Shown: in pieces, positions 58,981 through 64,000 of the stretch
Layout: every line of letters starts with the position of its first letter
Numbering within the stretch: position 1 is the first letter of the stretch
NCBI GenBank assembly: GCA_003344405.1
Contig: NOWV01000122.1
Location: forward strand, 124,001-188,000
Origin: Trichoplax sp. H2
Taxonomy: Eukaryota
Direction: 5' to 3'
Length of the DNA: 64,000 nt
Translations under genes and position numbers: made by a program
Notes under the pieces: model-generated
The model's input: the letters and a program-made list of their open reading frames with translations, nothing else
What the model was told of the DNA's origin: nothing
The model's database searches: none

Positions 58981-61900
58981 GATGGAATTTGAAAACAAAT
59001 CAAGATTAAATTAAGAAGAAAAAAACGATAGGATAGTTTAAATACTTTAAAATTGATCAACGAAAGTTAGGAAGGTTTTTGGCCCAATGTGATCTTCTTG
59101 AACAGAGACCACTGAAGAAATTAAAACTATTATATTATTATTGAAATGACAGTGACAGCATAAAGCTTTCAGAATTGCACTGACAATTCCTGGATGAATG
59201 GCACAGACGAACGATGAAAGTATTTAGACTTGAATTCAGAAATTATTTTTAATCAACTATAGTTTGGAGCTGCTAATTGATTCTAGAGATGATTTCAAAA
59301 TATTGACTGGTTCCTTTAAATGATGTTGGTCAGTTTTAATTAATGCCTTCAAAGAATAGAAATGGCTACATAAATCAAGTTGGAAAGTCGTGATAAAGTG
59401 GTAATGATCTTACAGCAAGGTTTGAGTAGAGAAAATTCCTTGACAGAGAACAGTTGGCTTCTTCAATAAAAGAAAAGTTGATTTACGGCTGTTAATTTTT
59501 GTAATAATATTTTAAAATAAAAAATTTATTTAAAAAGATTAATATCATTAATACCAATCTGTTATAAATGCAGGAATAAATGATGCTGGTTGTATGTTGG
59601 TTGAGATAGAAAGAAGTTGATAATATTATTTTAATAGGTATACTTCAAATGATAATCGCTTGTTAGGATTTGAAAAGGCATCCAGATCAAAACTATTGGT
59701 TCTGAAAATCTGCTAAATAGCCATCATAAAGCCATGCTATAGTACTGCTGAGAGAAAATGAATTACGGAACTTTAGATACCTTGAAGATATACCCAAGAT
59801 AATTAAATTGATGAGTTTACATTTGATTTGACAGCGGAAAATTCTCATCCATCGAACAATAAATATTCTTTTCTAATTCAACATTAAAGTTATTGAATAG
59901 AAAATAGAATAATAATATCATCTAATAAAAGGTTCTTAATTAGATAAGCATTCTATGTTAAAAGAAAAGATTCCAGTATTTCTCTAAGTTGTTGCATTAA
60001 AATGCACCTGTCGTTAATTCTACACTACTTTCATAGTACATTCTAATTTTATTATTCATAATAAACTTGTGATACGGCCTTGAAATAAGTATGGTCATAG
60101 TCTATCAAGGCCATTAATTATGGATGATGCATAGTTACAATTAATGATTAATAATGGTCTCTTCAAAAGACACTGTGCCATTTTTAATATTTGCGTAGAC
60201 AGTATTATTTTCTGTTGTATTTGAAATAACTTATTGCATTAGCTTACATCTATTTCCTTAAATTAATCGATTTTGATTTACGCCAGCCAAGTAATGAAGC
60301 ATAGTGAAGCTAAATATTGATGCTTAGGAAGACATCAAGATAGCATTACCGATATTTATTTAGCTTATTCGAGTACCTCGGTTATAAGAATACTGTAATT
60401 CAATTTGAACATGCTATATGTAGCATCTAGATAGTATTGATTGAATTAGTTAGTGATAGCGCTTTAGCTAGGACCTATTACTTATTACTTTAGAAATGTA
60501 TAGTTATAGATAGCTATTTTCTAACATTAATTCTAATCCACTAAGCATTGGCTTTTACGTCAAATAATCAAGTTATAAATTGACGGTAAACATAATTTTA
60601 TCGAATTTAAAATGTATATATACATAGAACCAAGTTTGGAAAATATAGAAGTATACACAAGAATGTTTATAAAAAATAATTTAAGCTACGTATAAAAAAT
60701 TGCAGTAATTAATTGATAGAAAAGATGTTTATTGACTTTGTCTAAAAGTAACATAATCGCAGAGGTTACAAAAAAATCATAGCATACTCGTGGACATGAA
60801 TTATTAACTGTGCTATTAGTAATAAAAAATTACAATAGACGTTATCTGGCTTTCAATCAAAATCAATAATTTATTATTATTTGTTTGAAGTAAATTTTAG
60901 AATCCAATACCTTCAACTTTCCCACTGTCTCTCAATACTATAAAATTAGCTTTATTGCTAATCCGAATTTATTCTGGGTTCAAATTAAGTCATATGGATG
61001 CCAAAATTTAGTTGTTTACGACGAGGTCAAAGGATCTTATCATCTTCAATAGTCAAAATAGTATGTAACTGAGAGCTTTATTTGAAACTTGATGCCCTCA
61101 CGTTAGGTCCGGCTTAATTTATTTCCAGGTTCATTAAAATTTTAGTTTTAGCATTTTTGATAAAAATTCAATCATTTACCGAAGCTAACAGCAAAGATTT
61201 CAAAATAGGTTGCTTTAAATAGTTATTGCTTCGTCAGAAGTATTGGTAAGAAAGCCGTAGATGGAATAGAAACTGTACCTAAATTAAATGTAATGTCCAG
61301 TTCACTATTGGATTCCGTATTCATTCACTCAATACACCTTTCTCATAATTGCAAAGGTACAATTGATCAGAATGTCCTAATTTAATCAAAATATTCTAGC
61401 GATTAGAATATCTTTATATTTTAGGCCAATAATTTGCGATTTTGCATGCCAAAAGGTACTTGTTCATTACATTGTGGGGCAATCACTTATTGTAGATAAC
61501 CAGTGGGATCATCTTGATAGGATTGAAACCCTCAATACTTGTATGCTAATATTACAGTGAATCACGAACCAACTTTTAAAGAAAGTAGGCTAACATGATG
61601 TCTAAAATATACACTGTACAGCCTCAACTTAGCTTAAAATTAAAATTATTAATCATCCTGTAACCAATTGCACGTAGAAGTCATGAATTTGGCTGCAAAA
61701 ATTTAGTAGTCTGATTGTAGGTAGATAGTCCTTGATAGCCGTAAGATAAATGTGATTTTTATGTAATGAAGTGAAAGATACAAGAACCTGTAGTTCTTAC
61801 TTCACTATTTTGAAGGGAATTTATTATACTATATACAGCTATTTTTAGTCAGCTTAGCAGTGCATATGAGCACAAATGCGGCGTTTTTTCTTTACAGTAT

Positions 61901-63141
61901 ATTTAAAAAAAATATATCATAACGTAAACTTATACTAGTTATGCACTAACATAATTTCAAATTATTGGGACAACTTTTTAATCGATTGATGTTGATGCAT
62001 ACAATACTGACATGACATCTTCATTATTGTGTAACCTCATAATTAGTTTCATAGTAAAGTTATAAAGTAGCTGATATCATACAAGAAATAATTACTTTAC
62101 CTTTTAAAAACAGATCATGAGCGAGATATTATAATCACGTTTAAAAGATTGTCACGGTACGAACTACCGTGAAGAAATACCTAAATTTGGTTAATACAAT
62201 ATAGTGATAATATATTACGACTAGTTACTTACAATAGGAATTACTCTAATTATAGATGTGTTACTGTAAATTTAATGCTTTGCTGTAATGTGCACTGAAA
62301 TAATTCTGTGAATGGACATATTGCTGTTCGGCTGTGAAAAATTAGTTAGTAGATGTTCTTACCTAAGTATTTTTATAACATAACTCGTGAATGTTAGCTG
62401 CTGTAGAAGGGTATATAAGCCCGTCAGATAGTTGAGTAAAGTAGTTCTCAATTGTCTAGCTGAGTTTAACGTAGAATCAAAGGGGTCTAAATTCTTGTGA
62501 GTAGGAATACTGAATCCGCAGATTTTAAGAGATTTAGAGATTTATTTTACGTTATCCTTGTCACGAAGCTGGTTTGTGACTAAGATATTTACGAATTCGG
62601 AAGATACTGTAAGGATGGACAATATGTACTTTAATTGTCAGCCGTTAATCACATGCGAGGCCTTTAAACAACACTAAACCTAATAAAAAAAGCAATTAAC
62701 AACCTGGATATTATTCTTAAAAAAAAGCTAATAAATACGTTAAACTTTAGAATGGAGGATAGTTTCGGTTTCTGAACGTTGAGAATGCATATAATGACTC
62801 GAGTAAATAAAGCTGCCTTTATTGAATTTCTAAATTATGTGTATGCTGTGTTATGTAAGCGACGCCGATTATGAATTTGCGACCTACACGCTCCATTTTC
62901 ACGTTTTATTAATATTCACCAGTTTATTTATTTGTTAATAGCTGTAACGGAGTAACTTTTGCGTAGCTGTCATAACATAGATTTTATGATAATTCATCTA
63001 GAAATATGTTTAAATAGCGTTATCTATGACTTTTTAAATATTTTTAATAGATAATTGCATAGCTTTATAGCATTATCTATAAATTGATTACTAATATTTG
63101 TATCGATTCGTTATAAATTGACTGACCTTCCAATAAAGTTT

Positions 63142-63245
63142 GGGTTAAGTAATGGCTAAGAGAGACTAGTTGTGTTACCGTTCTTCCTGACTATAGGAGA
63201 TCGTCAGTATTTAGAGTCGTTCTGAGGGTTAATGTCATGGAGGAA
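63142..63245 (+). repeat. Diverged dispersed repeat, copy 2
   Basis: Similar to 35875-35990 (ctaagagagactagt...atcgtcagtattta). Confidence 0.6.
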
Positions 63246-64000
63246 AAATCTGGCAGTAGACTCGTGGTATAGTTTCTACAATAGTTCTAACATTTCCTCG
63301 TTACAAATTTCAGTTTATATCAATAGCATATAAAATTAGCGTTCTGTAATACAAGATCACGATTTCGTGCTAACGTCTTGATTCTTCAGAATTTAATAGG
63401 GGATAAACAAGGTCTTGCATATGATTCAGTTAATGATATCGATACCTGTCAACTAGTACTGCGGAGTAAATATCTTCATAGCTAAGCTAGTAATTCTTAT
63501 AGAAATGAAATTCAAATGCCAGAAATAAAGCTAGATTCTGAAGCTTTAACATTAAATTGATTTTTAACATTGAATTAGAATAGTCTCAACGGATAGAGGA
63601 TGCATAAGAATTGATAACTAAATCTTTTAATTACGGCTGTTACTGTTACTTATCATCGAGCAATTAATTATAAAAAATTAGTTTTAGCGCGATTATGTAC
63701 AACCCTATATCCTACGTAATTGAAGATAGCAATACTACTTAGGAGATTTTTTTCATGAATCGAAAATTTATTATACTTTGACAGCTATTAGAATTTGTAA
63801 ATTTATACGTATCATTTATACTTTCAAGGGCATCCAGTATTAAGTTTGTAGATATTCTTTAGTTTAATTAAGATATAATTATGATATAAGTTATTTTTTA
63901 TCTTAGATCTCAGGAAAATATCCTAACACCGGAGTATTTCTATCGGTAAGACATTGACTAAAACATTCTTACTTTCTCTTGTTCTTATAACAGTATCAAT

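Overview
AT-rich eukaryotic (animal) genomic DNA with short GT-AG introns. The compact gene structure is reminiscent of a placozoan such as Trichoplax (inference only). I reconstructed seven genes by hand from splice sites and reading frames. (1) A giant + strand gene: one ~18.1-kb exon encoding an Ala/Glu/Lys-rich helical protein with 11-residue periodicity, spliced to four small exons that end in a domain resembling the dynein heavy-chain microtubule-binding domain (about 6378 aa from ATG 164; further exons may lie upstream of the window). (2) AMMECR1 on the - strand. (3) CLNS1A/pICln on the + strand, divergent from AMMECR1. (4, 5) Two tandem 14-exon cAMP-receptor-like (Dicty_CAR/GPR157-type) 7TM genes on the - strand. 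(6) A two-exon secreted prepropeptide with an acidic pro-region and a poly-Arg cationic C-terminal peptide. (7) A class A GPCR with an intronless coding region on the - strand. Several tandem-repeat arrays cluster around the two divergent intergenic regions, and a 139-bp fold-back MITE with a TA duplication sits in one of them. The most interesting candidates are the giant motor-less protein with a dynein-MTBD-like tip and the Arg-rich secreted peptide.
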